A stretch of DNA of 64,000 nucleotides, from sequence record NC_052657.1. The stretch is one strand, 5' to 3'. Shown here in pieces: positions 10,025 through 18,783 of this stretch. The notes beneath the pieces are model-generated. The model was given only the letters and a program-made list of their open reading frames with translations. It was not told the origin of the DNA and ran no database searches. Within the stretch, counting starts at the first letter, position 1. Each line of letters opens with the position of its first letter. Source of the stretch: Escherichia phage muut. The position numbers were made by a program, and so were the translations under genes.

Positions 10025-10523
10025 GTATGATCGTCCACCAACTGATTACTATCCTACTCCACAAAAATGTATAAATGCATTATTTAGTGTAATAGATTTT
10101 AATAACCTTAAAGAAGAAGGTTTTATTTTTGCAGAACCGTGTAAAGGCGCTGCTGCTGCAATTTATCAACATTTTCCAGAAGGATCAGAATATTGTGAGT
10201 TAGAAGAAGGGAAGGATTATTTTAACCACGAATGGCATACTAAGCCGGATATTATAATCACAAATCCACCATTCAGACTTGCACTTGAGTTCTTGCAAAA
10301 GAGCTTAAAAGAAGCAGACGTTTGCATATACTTGTTGCGTCTTGGGTTCCTAGAGTCTATTAAACGAAGGGAATTCCATAAACAGAACCCACCAACAAAT
10401 TTGATTGTTCTTTCTGAACGACCATCTTTTGTTGCAGGTGGTACTGATAAGACAGCATATGCTTGGTACGTCTACGACCCAAAAAACAGGCTGGGTTTAA
10501 CTCAACCTTTCTATTTTGTTTAA
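10014..10523 (+). CDS. dam: DNA N6-adenine methyltransferase (small phage Dam type)
   Basis: 169 aa; IITNPPF motif IV; YYPTP N-terminal segment. Confidence 0.6.
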   Translation: MANKYDRPPTDYYPTPQKCINALFSVIDFNNLKEEGFIFAEPCKGAAAAIYQHFPEGSEYCELEEGKDYFNHEWHTKPDIIITNPPFRLALEFLQKSLKEADVCIYLLRLGFLESIKRREFHKQNPPTNLIVLSERPSFVAGGTDKTAYAWYVYDPKNRLGLTQPFYFV

Positions 10524-10536
10524 GAGGAGCATTTTT

Positions 10537-10767
10537 ATGACCGAGAAATTTATTGTTACTATGGAACTCACCTTTGATGAAGAAGATTTTGATCTTCACG
10601 TATCAACTAAAGCAGATAACATTCACACGACACAGAGTGTTGCAATCGCTATGTTCTTTAAGCAAGCAATTGCAAAACAAGCTGAAGTGTGTGCTGGTTT
10701 AGCTGTAGAGTACGCAGAAGTTGTCAAGGTTCTTGAAAGTGCTCGCAACAACGATTGGGATGAATAA
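10537..10767 (+). CDS. hypothetical protein (76 aa)
   Basis: ATG with AAGAGGAG RBS 21 nt inside ORF-track ORF. Confidence 0.45.
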   Translation: MTEKFIVTMELTFDEEDFDLHVSTKADNIHTTQSVAIAMFFKQAIAKQAEVCAGLAVEYAEVVKVLESARNNDWDE

Positions 10768-10970
10768 TGGCATACAATTACTATCTGGTATATTTTAACG
10801 AAACTAAGAAAAAAGACACAGGAACTAATGTTTATGCGGAATCGGAAGAACACGCAAAAGCTATTGGTTCAGTGCTTCTTTCTAGAATAGCAGGTGAAGA
10901 AATTCCTGTAGAGGCTATCTTTGCAGAAGTTGACCCTGGTATTCAAGAAGATGATATTACCACTACTTAA
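10767..10970 (+). CDS. hypothetical protein (67 aa)
   Basis: ATGA overlap with previous gene. Confidence 0.45.
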   Translation: MAYNYYLVYFNETKKKDTGTNVYAESEEHAKAIGSVLLSRIAGEEIPVEAIFAEVDPGIQEDDITTT

Positions 10971-10973
10971 CTG

Positions 10974-11020
10974 TTGACTTTAACATTGAGGTAGTGCATA
11001 CTTCCTGTAACAGAACAGGA
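10974..11020 (+). promoter_or_regulatory. sigma70-like promoter plus 5' stem-loop
   Basis: TTGACT-17-CATACT, then TCCTGT-AACAGAA-ACAGGA hairpin, then GGAGGG RBS. Confidence 0.45.
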
Positions 11021-11027
11021 GGGTATT

Positions 11028-11690
11028 ATGAAGTTTGTACTGTATCATCGACTTTCTAAGAAGAAACAACAAGGCAACCAGTATGGTATAGAATCACAGG
11101 AAGCAGATATCCAACGCTTCCTGGATTCACAAGAAAATTATACTATTGTAGGTAGCTTTGCAGAGTTTTATTCTGGTAAAGGCGATTGGAAGCAACGTAG
11201 AGAGCTTGTAAAAGCTGTTAATCTTTGCAAAGAAACAGGTGCTACACTTGTTGTTGCTAAGGTTGACCGTCTTGGACGTAACACAGCTTCTGTTGCAACC
11301 TTGTTAGAGATGATTAATGTACGGATAGCCACTATGCCCTCCGCTGAAAATATGATAATAAATATTTTAGCAGTTCTGGCAGAAGAAGAGGCTCGTGCAA
11401 TATCTGATCGTGTTAAGAAGAGCCTTAAGGTAGCAAAAGCGAAGGGAACGCTTCTTGGTGCAGCAAACCCTAAATACAAAAGAACAGATTATACGAAAAC
11501 GGAAGAAGCAAAACGCTCAAAAGAGTTTGCACTTTCTTTAAAAGATTCTTTAGTTGCATACAGAGCTTGTAAAACGCCATATATGACGATTGCAAAGCAT
11601 CTGAATGAATCAGGAAAGAGAACTATTCGTGGGAGTTTGTTCGATGCCAAAGCGGTACAACGTCTTTGTGCAAAATTGAATATTAAATAA
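11028..11690 (+). CDS. serine recombinase (resolvase/invertase family)
   Basis: 220 aa; YHRLSKKKQ (catalytic Ser), SGKG...R, VVAKVDRLGRN motifs. Confidence 0.7.
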   Translation: MKFVLYHRLSKKKQQGNQYGIESQEADIQRFLDSQENYTIVGSFAEFYSGKGDWKQRRELVKAVNLCKETGATLVVAKVDRLGRNTASVATLLEMINVRIATMPSAENMIINILAVLAEEEARAISDRVKKSLKVAKAKGTLLGAANPKYKRTDYTKTEEAKRSKEFALSLKDSLVAYRACKTPYMTIAKHLNESGKRTIRGSLFDAKAVQRLCAKLNIK

Positions 11691-11699
11691 GGAGGAAAC

Positions 11700-11903
11700 A
11701 TGGCAGTTCAATCTTTTGAGGAGACTGTTAAAAAACAATTCCTATCGAAGCGAGCGATGGTTGAATTTTTGCATTTTCTCGAAGTAGATAGGGTACTTAT
11801 TGAGACTACACCAGATGGTAACTGGCAAGTCTCGTATATTGCCACCAGGCATATCGTAGACAGTACGAAAGAAGAAAATTCGGAAGTTACGGTTGCTAGT
11901 TAA
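11700..11903 (+). CDS. hypothetical protein (67 aa)
   Basis: GGAGG RBS. Confidence 0.45.
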   Translation: MAVQSFEETVKKQFLSKRAMVEFLHFLEVDRVLIETTPDGNWQVSYIATRHIVDSTKEENSEVTVAS

Positions 11904-11914
11904 AGGAGTTAAAT

Positions 11915-12487
11915 ATGCGTTTAGCTTTTAACGGGAAGATAAGCACAGCAAACATATTGTCAGCAGTAGGATTATTAGGTAAAAAATTCACACCTTTCAG
12001 TTTACCAGTTTGTGTAGATTTTGATCATGTGTTTGATATTAATAATCCTTCACGTTGTATCGCCAGAAGTAATATTGATAACCCAAGTGAAAATCTGTTT
12101 TATATTACTAAACCATCCCAAGCAATTTTGAATCAATGGGAAGCAGGTCTGATTAAACCAGGTAAATATTTTGCATTACTACCTTGTAAATCATTGGCTA
12201 TAGAGGACAGTCTAAACTATGCAAACAATCTTGTTGTTACAGCATTCATTGTCTCAGAAAAAGAAGAAACTGCGGCACTTGCAAATACTGTTAAATCTTT
12301 GTATGATGCTTTGGGTGTTACTTACACTACCTTCGTTTGTGAAGATATTCCACATTGCGTTGAATTTGTGGTGAATGGTGTAACTGTATGTCGTGTAGAA
12401 ACAACTCAAGACGAAGACGTTTTTATTACTGTAGCCGATGTAATATCTGAACCTGTGTTTAGCTACGCAGTTTCATTAACACATTAA
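11915..12487 (+). CDS. hypothetical protein (190 aa)
   Basis: AAGGAG RBS. Confidence 0.5.
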   Translation: MRLAFNGKISTANILSAVGLLGKKFTPFSLPVCVDFDHVFDINNPSRCIARSNIDNPSENLFYITKPSQAILNQWEAGLIKPGKYFALLPCKSLAIEDSLNYANNLVVTAFIVSEKEETAALANTVKSLYDALGVTYTTFVCEDIPHCVEFVVNGVTVCRVETTQDEDVFITVADVISEPVFSYAVSLTH

Positions 12488-12497
12488 GGAGAAGGGG

Positions 12498-12824
12498 ATG
12501 AAAATAACGACAGAACAGGCTTTAATAGACAAAGGAAGGGAAATCTTAGAAAGTCATTTGGAGGATATTCAAAGGACTCCAGGGTATCTCGGCTGGCGTA
12601 TACAAGAAGCCGTCGATTTTCTACCCCGTAAAAATAAAGAGATTGAAGTAAGATCTCTATTCCTCCTTGTTAAAGTAGATGGTGACGCTATATACAAAGA
12701 TGTAGCGTCTCACATTGAACAAATAGAAGAAAAAGCCTACAAAGAATTTGCAGATCTTGTTGTAGAACATAATATAGAAGGTAAAGTTAATATCTTTATA
12801 CTTATGGATTTTGAGGAGAGTTGA
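12498..12824 (+). CDS. hypothetical protein (108 aa)
   Basis: AAGGAG RBS. Confidence 0.5.
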   Translation: MKITTEQALIDKGREILESHLEDIQRTPGYLGWRIQEAVDFLPRKNKEIEVRSLFLLVKVDGDAIYKDVASHIEQIEEKAYKEFADLVVEHNIEGKVNIFILMDFEES

Positions 12825-13567
12825 TGCTAGTATATCAAGAAATTAGTGTAAAAGATGATCAAGACCTGTTTATTATTGGTGATTTACATGGTTGCTTTGA
12901 TTTGTACCAGAAAGGTGTTAATACTTTAGGTATCCGAGATCAAGATGTTGTTGTATCTTTAGGAGATCTTACAGATCGCGGCAAGCAGAATTTTCGTTGT
13001 GTTGTTGAATTCACCAGAAAGCTAAATCGTTATGGTATTCGTGGAAACCATGAAGATATGATGATTAAAGGGTTGCTAGAAGGTGATAGACGATATTACG
13101 AATGTTGGTTTCAGAACGGAGGCCATACAGTTCTAGACGAGTGTGGAGAAGAGGGTGCAACTGCTCTTGCTTTGATGCTAGAAGATTTACCTGTTGTACT
13201 TGTTGTCAATTATCGTAATATGAAACTAGGCTTTATTCACGGTGGTTATCCTTCAGTTTTGGAACATTTACCAGTGACAGAAGTTTTGCCATTTTGTTTG
13301 AATATGAATAAAGAGCAAGTTTCTCGATTCACAGAATCTTTAATGTGGGATCGTGATATGATAGATTGCGCCCTTGAAGGGATTCTTCTTCCTAGAGTTT
13401 CAGGAGTAGATTATGTATTTCACGGGCATTCTTATGTTCCTAAACCTGTAATTAGCAGTAATAGGGTATATATGGATACAGGATCTTGCTTCAATGGTAA
13501 TTTAACCTTTGCATATTTTGATGATACAAATACGTTACAATTTTATTCTACTTTAGAGGAGGACTAA
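12821..13567 (+). CDS. Ser/Thr protein phosphatase (PPP-family metallophosphatase)
   Basis: GDLHGCFD, GDLTDRG, GNHE signature motifs. Confidence 0.8.
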   Translation: MMLVYQEISVKDDQDLFIIGDLHGCFDLYQKGVNTLGIRDQDVVVSLGDLTDRGKQNFRCVVEFTRKLNRYGIRGNHEDMMIKGLLEGDRRYYECWFQNGGHTVLDECGEEGATALALMLEDLPVVLVVNYRNMKLGFIHGGYPSVLEHLPVTEVLPFCLNMNKEQVSRFTESLMWDRDMIDCALEGILLPRVSGVDYVFHGHSYVPKPVISSNRVYMDTGSCFNGNLTFAYFDDTNTLQFYSTLEED

Positions 13568-13887
13568 TGTATAAAGTCACAATTAAAGAGACGGTAGGGA
13601 ATATTACGAAAGAAACTACTATTGAAACGGAAGACGTTGAGTTAGTCAAAGAGCTTTTATTTCCAAAATCAGAAATAAAAGATAATGACGAACAGTTGGA
13701 TGAAGATAACGATACAGCAAGGGATAAATGGAAGAAACAACTAGCGGAGATTTGGAAAAAGCCTCAAGTAACGCCTCCATTTGATCCTCGTACACCTTAT
13801 AGTCCTTGGGAAATTGGAAGCCCTTGGTTTACGTACCCTATTACTCCAATTGTTACTCCCAGTATTATTCCCAATATTACTTGTTAA
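13567..13887 (+). CDS. hypothetical protein (106 aa)
   Basis: ATGA overlap with phosphatase gene. Confidence 0.45.
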   Translation: MYKVTIKETVGNITKETTIETEDVELVKELLFPKSEIKDNDEQLDEDNDTARDKWKKQLAEIWKKPQVTPPFDPRTPYSPWEIGSPWFTYPITPIVTPSIIPNITC

Positions 13888-13897
13888 GGAGAAAACC

Positions 13898-14476
13898 ATG
13901 AGCGATTTATTCTACACAGGTGTTGGTAGTAGAGATATTACAGACGAAGAATGGGACACTATGGTAGCTGTTGCAAAATGGTTATCTACATGGTTCATTT
14001 TGCGATCTGGTAAAGCAGAAGGTGCAGATTCCGCATTTGAATGCGGGGTATATGATAGTGGAAACAATACAAAGAAAGAAATATACATTCCTTGGCCTTC
14101 GTTTAAAGGTAATGAGATAGATGGAGAGGTTATTGTTCTTGACAGACCAGATAGTGTAAACTATGCTCTAACCTTGCAATATGCAAAAGAATTGCATCCA
14201 GCTTGGGACAGATTATCTCAAGGTGCTAAAAAATTACATCAAAGAAATATCCACCAAGTTCTTGGAAGAGATCTTGAGAATCCAAAACCATCTTGTTTTC
14301 TTTTAGCTTGTGCAAATACAGATAAAAATGGAGATCCTTTAGGTGGTACAAGAACAGCTTGGATGTTGGCTAAAAAGTTTAATGTTCCTTGTTTTAATAT
14401 TCGAGGTAAAAGTAAAAAACAAATTTTCGAATTTATTAAGCCTATTTTAGAGGAGAATGGTCTTGTCCAGAAATAA
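13898..14476 (+). CDS. DprA/Smf-like (SLOG-fold) protein
   Basis: ATG with AAGGAGA RBS at 13898; GVGSRD...SGKAEGADSAFE and RNIHQVLG segments resemble DprA Rossmann domain. Confidence 0.45.
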   Translation: MSDLFYTGVGSRDITDEEWDTMVAVAKWLSTWFILRSGKAEGADSAFECGVYDSGNNTKKEIYIPWPSFKGNEIDGEVIVLDRPDSVNYALTLQYAKELHPAWDRLSQGAKKLHQRNIHQVLGRDLENPKPSCFLLACANTDKNGDPLGGTRTAWMLAKKFNVPCFNIRGKSKKQIFEFIKPILEENGLVQK

Positions 14477-14981
14477 TATAAGCATCATTAAAGATAGCTT
14501 TATTGATGTAACAAACGATATTGTACCTACAATACAATATATAGTTGAGGCACAAGGTTTAAACTTTATACGTGATAAAGTTAAGATTGTTTTTCATAAC
14601 ACTCCAGGTTTTGTAACAGTAGGTTCAACAAAAACGCCGTGCTCTACAGATCTGATTACTTTAGACAAAAACTTAACACAAGAAGAAGTAGAAATTCTTA
14701 ACCTCTATTGGCTAGGTTTTAAAAGATATGAGGATACAGCTTTATCCCGAATGTCAACTATTTTAGCTAACATTCTAGTTCGGAAAATTTCTAAACTATG
14801 GGATGAAGAAAACCCAGATGAAATAGTTTTACACTTTGCTAAACCGGAAGACGGGGCATATGATATAGACACATCTGAAATGGCTTATGGGTTTATTATT
14901 TCTGGTAATGTATTACAGATGGAATCTTTATTGTATGTTGAGACAGTAAAACACAATAACAACTACGAGGAGGTTGTATGA
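14457..14981 (+). CDS. hypothetical protein (174 aa)
   Basis: ORF overlapping previous stop. Confidence 0.5.
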   Translation: MVLSRNNISIIKDSFIDVTNDIVPTIQYIVEAQGLNFIRDKVKIVFHNTPGFVTVGSTKTPCSTDLITLDKNLTQEEVEILNLYWLGFKRYEDTALSRMSTILANILVRKISKLWDEENPDEIVLHFAKPEDGAYDIDTSEMAYGFIISGNVLQMESLLYVETVKHNNNYEEVV

Positions 14982-15235
14982 AAGGTTTAGAGTTTAACTT
15001 TGTAGATGCGTGGGAAGGATGGGATGAACTAGGAGTAGGGGATTTATGTTTTTATGATGTTACCTTGAAGGAAGAATACAAACATCTAGCCCCTAGTGAA
15101 GATTGCGATGTGATTCTATCTATTCTATTAAGTCAGTCTATAGTGCAATTTGATTTTCTAAAAGGTAGTGAGTGTATTGAAAGTAAAGCATTCCGTTTAG
15201 AAGTTTCTCTTGGTGAAGAAGTTCCTGTAGAATAA
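14978..15235 (+). CDS. hypothetical protein (85 aa)
   Basis: ATGA overlap. Confidence 0.5.
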   Translation: MKGLEFNFVDAWEGWDELGVGDLCFYDVTLKEEYKHLAPSEDCDVILSILLSQSIVQFDFLKGSECIESKAFRLEVSLGEEVPVE

Positions 15236-15238
15236 TAT

Positions 15239-15261
15239 AAACCCGCTTCAGCGGGTTTTTT
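15239..15261 (+). terminator. rho-independent terminator
   Basis: AAACCCGC-TTCA-GCGGGTTT followed by TTTT. Confidence 0.65.
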
Positions 15262-15262
15262 G

Positions 15263-15291
15263 TTGACAACACCAGTTTTTTCGAATAAACT
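15263..15291 (+). promoter_or_regulatory. sigma70-like promoter
   Basis: TTGACA-17-TAAACT immediately after terminator. Confidence 0.45.
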
Positions 15292-15320
15292 ACAGAAAAA
15301 CAGAAGAGGAGAAGATTAGC

Positions 15321-15731
15321 ATGTACTATAGTGACTATTTTGTAAACCCAACAAAAGAACAACTTCAATCAGCAGCGGATAAGATGCAGATTGTAGTTAA
15401 AGAATGTGAGAAAATAAGAAAACAACTACAAGAAGAGATTGTTGTTGTTAATAAATGGTTTGGTCTTAAGAAGAAAATTGTTAGTAAACACAATATCATC
15501 CTTGAAAAAGCAAAAACGACAGGAACTAGTTACGCCTTACAAGCCTTGTTACTAAATTACATTGATATAGAACAACATTCTCTTCTGCACTGTTGGCTTA
15601 ACAGCCCTAGTATTGAGAATCTCTTGTTCTGGTTATCGTGTGAATCTGTACTTTTAAATGAGAATGAGGCTTACCGTTTAAACTTCTGCCTCAAGGCAGA
15701 ATTACCAGCTAGTGTTAAGGAGAAGAAGTAA
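15321..15731 (+). CDS. hypothetical protein (136 aa)
   Basis: GAGGAG RBS. Confidence 0.5.
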   Translation: MYYSDYFVNPTKEQLQSAADKMQIVVKECEKIRKQLQEEIVVVNKWFGLKKKIVSKHNIILEKAKTTGTSYALQALLLNYIDIEQHSLLHCWLNSPSIENLLFWLSCESVLLNENEAYRLNFCLKAELPASVKEKK

Positions 15732-15733
15732 TA

Positions 15734-16723
15734 ATGAAAGTTTTAAGTCTTTTTGATGGTATGTCAGGAGGAATGCTTGCGCTAAAAAGTGCAGGTATTG
15801 AAGTAGATACATATTACGCTTCAGAATTAGACAAATTTGCCGTAGCTGAAAGCCAAGCAAATTTTCCAGATATTATTCAGTTAGGTGATGTTACAAAATG
15901 GAGAGAATGGGATATCCCGTGGGGAGAAATTGATCTTTTGTTAGGTGGTAGTCCGTGTCAAGGCTTCTCTTCTTCTGGTAAGGGTTTGAACTTTCAAGAT
16001 CCGCGATCTAAGTTATTCTTCGAATATGTTGAAATTCTTGAACATATTAAAAAGTTTAATCCTAATGTTAAGTTCATGCTTGAAAACGTTAAGATGAAAG
16101 TGGAGTGGGAAAACGTGATCACAAGTTACTTAGGTGTTGATCCCGTATTCATTAACTCCGCAGATTTCACGGCACAGAATAGACAACGTTTATACTGGTG
16201 CAACTGGGAAATAAAACCCTGGGAGATTACCAATGAAGTGTTGCAAGATATCATTGAAGATGATAGTATTGTAGACAGAGATAAGGCTTATTGCATAGAT
16301 GCAAATTATGCCAAAGGTGGTAATATAGAACAGTATTTTGAAAAGAGTCGCAGACAACTGGTTTTTTATCCGGCAGCAATATATGGGCGTAGAATTAATG
16401 AAAATGGCAAACGTAGTACATCTAAAACTGATCGTTTGGTACATTGTTTGGAAGTTCAGGACAGTGAAAAAACTCGTTGCCTCACGACTGTGCCTAAAGA
16501 CGTACTATTAGCCTACATTCCACCTGGAAGATATCTAGATGCTTTTGAAAAATTGAGTGAAGGCGTACATTATAGAAAGTTAACGGTTAAAGAGTGTTGC
16601 CGCTTGCAAGGTGTGCCAGATGATTACTTTAAAGTGAGTAGTAACACACAAGCATATAAGATGTTAGGTAACGGTTGGACTATACCTGTCATTGCACATA
16701 TTCTTAAATGTATGGAGGAATAG
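15734..16723 (+). CDS. dcm: DNA cytosine-5 methyltransferase
   Basis: LFDGMSGG (motif I), GSPCQGFS (motif IV PCQ), ENV (motif VI), GNGWTIPV (motif X). Confidence 0.85.
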   Translation: MKVLSLFDGMSGGMLALKSAGIEVDTYYASELDKFAVAESQANFPDIIQLGDVTKWREWDIPWGEIDLLLGGSPCQGFSSSGKGLNFQDPRSKLFFEYVEILEHIKKFNPNVKFMLENVKMKVEWENVITSYLGVDPVFINSADFTAQNRQRLYWCNWEIKPWEITNEVLQDIIEDDSIVDRDKAYCIDANYAKGGNIEQYFEKSRRQLVFYPAAIYGRRINENGKRSTSKTDRLVHCLEVQDSEKTRCLTTVPKDVLLAYIPPGRYLDAFEKLSEGVHYRKLTVKECCRLQGVPDDYFKVSSNTQAYKMLGNGWTIPVIAHILKCMEE

Positions 16724-16845
16724 TGGAAACATTGTGGAAAGGCTGGAAGACTGCTCTGATAGCCTTTATAATTCCATTAACTTTTCTTGGTTGGTGTTTT
16801 TGGGAATTTATCTTTTGGTTAATTTCCCATATACATTGGGGGTAA
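16723..16845 (+). CDS. small hydrophobic peptide (40 aa)
   Basis: GTG overlapping dcm stop with GGAGG RBS; single TM-like segment. Confidence 0.3.
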   Translation: METLWKGWKTALIAFIIPLTFLGWCFWEFIFWLISHIHWG

Positions 16846-16846
16846 T

Positions 16847-17458
16847 ATGACTCAAAAAGTTGCATATCAAGTAGATCGTGAAGACGGTGAAGGTAGTGTT
16901 GTAGTTTTTGATACACATGGTCTTGCAGCAAGACGCAAAGGTGCTTGTCTACTGGACATTGGTGGTGAAGATGAATACTGCACTGTACGTAGAGTAAAAG
17001 AATTTGATCAATATGCTGAAAAAGGTTTTGTACCTGCAAAAGCACTATTAGAAGCTGGATGGTGGATACCTAGTGCACATGATTATGATATTTTGGAATC
17101 AGATACAGACGATTTTAACAGTGAAGATTTTGTTTTTTCTCTGGATGAAAAATGCGTTTGGAAAGATTGGGATGAAATGGAACGCCATGCTTATTTTATA
17201 AACGAAGCATTAGATCGTAAAACTTGGTTTGAGAATACAGTTAAAGCAGCGTATCCTCAATTTACTTTTACAGAATTTTGGGGTGGCCCACACCATATTA
17301 CTCATGTGGCATACTTCGAGTTCCCAGGCTCACGCTATAAAGGTACTGTCTATTGGGATTGGGACGAGGACAAAGAACCTTCTGCTCAAGACTTCCGTTG
17401 CTATGTTTGTCAAGGTGATCAAGAAGCCCTTGACAAGTACCTTAAAAGTCTGGTATAA
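16847..17458 (+). CDS. hypothetical protein (203 aa)
   Basis: ORF only. Confidence 0.5.
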   Translation: MTQKVAYQVDREDGEGSVVVFDTHGLAARRKGACLLDIGGEDEYCTVRRVKEFDQYAEKGFVPAKALLEAGWWIPSAHDYDILESDTDDFNSEDFVFSLDEKCVWKDWDEMERHAYFINEALDRKTWFENTVKAAYPQFTFTEFWGGPHHITHVAYFEFPGSRYKGTVYWDWDEDKEPSAQDFRCYVCQGDQEALDKYLKSLV

Positions 17459-17475
17459 TCCGTAAAACTTAACCA

Positions 17476-17499
17476 AAGCCCCAAGCAGGGGCTTTATTT
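17476..17499 (+). terminator. rho-independent terminator
   Basis: AAGCCCC-AAGCA-GGGGCTT then TATTTG. Confidence 0.6.
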
Positions 17500-17512
17500 G
17501 TCTGGAGGATAT

Positions 17513-18046
17513 ATGGGTTTTGATGACATGTTATTATATGAGGAGGCTTGTGTGAAAGAAGCTATGGCTTTACCAGTTTTATCTATTGATATTACAACAG
17601 TAGACACTTTTTCAGATTGTGAAACGTGTGGATCGTATTCGTCTATTGTACATGAAGTTAGTGGGGATTTAGGCACTTACGAAGATGGAGATTATGCAAG
17701 TTGTTTAGGTGATAATCGAGATGGTGAAGTGGCGAATGTTGCAAACTGGATTGCTTCTAAGTTAAAAGAAAGAAATCGTCCGTTCCCTAATCTTCTTACA
17801 CCAGAAGCTATGCTTAAAGCTGAACAAGAGATGTATGATTATGGTTATAAAGTAGATTATGACTATAATGATCCTAAATATAAAAAATTGAGTGACAAGT
17901 ATTGGGAACTAGCTAATGCTTATGATAAATACTACTCTACAGAAAACATTGTTAAATTGTTTTTAGATTTTGGAGTAGAAATTAATTGGGATTTCGAAGA
18001 GGAAGAGCGTTACGACGCATCTTCTTGGGAGGACGAGGGTGAATGA
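17513..18046 (+). CDS. hypothetical acidic protein (177 aa)
   Basis: ATG with GGAGGA RBS 15 nt inside ORF-track ORF. Confidence 0.5.
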   Translation: MGFDDMLLYEEACVKEAMALPVLSIDITTVDTFSDCETCGSYSSIVHEVSGDLGTYEDGDYASCLGDNRDGEVANVANWIASKLKERNRPFPNLLTPEAMLKAEQEMYDYGYKVDYDYNDPKYKKLSDKYWELANAYDKYYSTENIVKLFLDFGVEINWDFEEEERYDASSWEDEGE

Positions 18047-18783
18047 TAGAACGAAAACCCTTACCAGATAGAGATTACTTGTTATCAAGGTTTAGTGTGG
18101 AGAATGGTCGTCTTGTTTGGAAACCTAAACCTTCTACAACAAAAGAGAACAAAAGGTGGAATAGCAGATACGCAGGGAAGATTGCAGGGACTATTGATAA
18201 AGCTGGTTACTCTCATGTCAAAATAGATGGTATTGTATACTTGGAGCACAGAGTTTGTTTTAAAATGTATCATAATTACTGTCCAGATGTTATAGACCAT
18301 GATGACGGCAATAAACTTAATAATGCGGAAAGTAATTTATTGGATAGTAACTATTTATTAAATAATAACAATAGACACGTGGATGGGTTAGAAGGTATTT
18401 ATGAAAAGGATGGTGTTTTTCTTTGGGTTATAAACTACAACCAAGAAACTTTCTCTGTTTCAGGTTTCAAAACTAAAGAGGAAGCTATTGTAGCTAGAGC
18501 TTTAGCAAAACAAGAAATTTTGAAAGGATCTTATATCAAAAAAGAAAAGAAGCGTATAGATAACACTTCAGGATTAAGCTGTGTGTTTGTGGCAACAAGA
18601 GAGAGAACATTCTTTTTCAAGTTTGTGTTTGACAAGATCACGTATTGCAAATATGGTTTCAACGATCCAGAGAGATGTGCTATAGCTCTGGAGAAACTAA
18701 GATTGAAGGTGATGAAAGAAAAATATAAACCTGCAAATAAAAGCATTTGCGAAAAATATAAGGAGGAGATTTATGCCGCGTAG
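18043..18783 (+). CDS. HNH homing endonuclease with AP2-type DNA-binding domains
   Basis: GY..V.IDG..YLEHRV...IDHDDGNKLNN HNH_3 pattern; two AP2-like repeats. Confidence 0.55.
   Translation: MIERKPLPDRDYLLSRFSVENGRLVWKPKPSTTKENKRWNSRYAGKIAGTIDKAGYSHVKIDGIVYLEHRVCFKMYHNYCPDVIDHDDGNKLNNAESNLLDSNYLLNNNNRHVDGLEGIYEKDGVFLWVINYNQETFSVSGFKTKEEAIVARALAKQEILKGSYIKKEKKRIDNTSGLSCVFVATRERTFFFKFVFDKITYCKYGFNDPERCAIALEKLRLKVMKEKYKPANKSICEKYKEEIYAA

Noticed and set aside
11028-11690. Serine recombinase as evidence that the window is an integrated prophage
   Set aside because: It is a small resolvase/invertase-type protein without the large C-terminal domain of phage serine integrases, no attachment site is evident, and the gene content around it is typical of a lytic phage.
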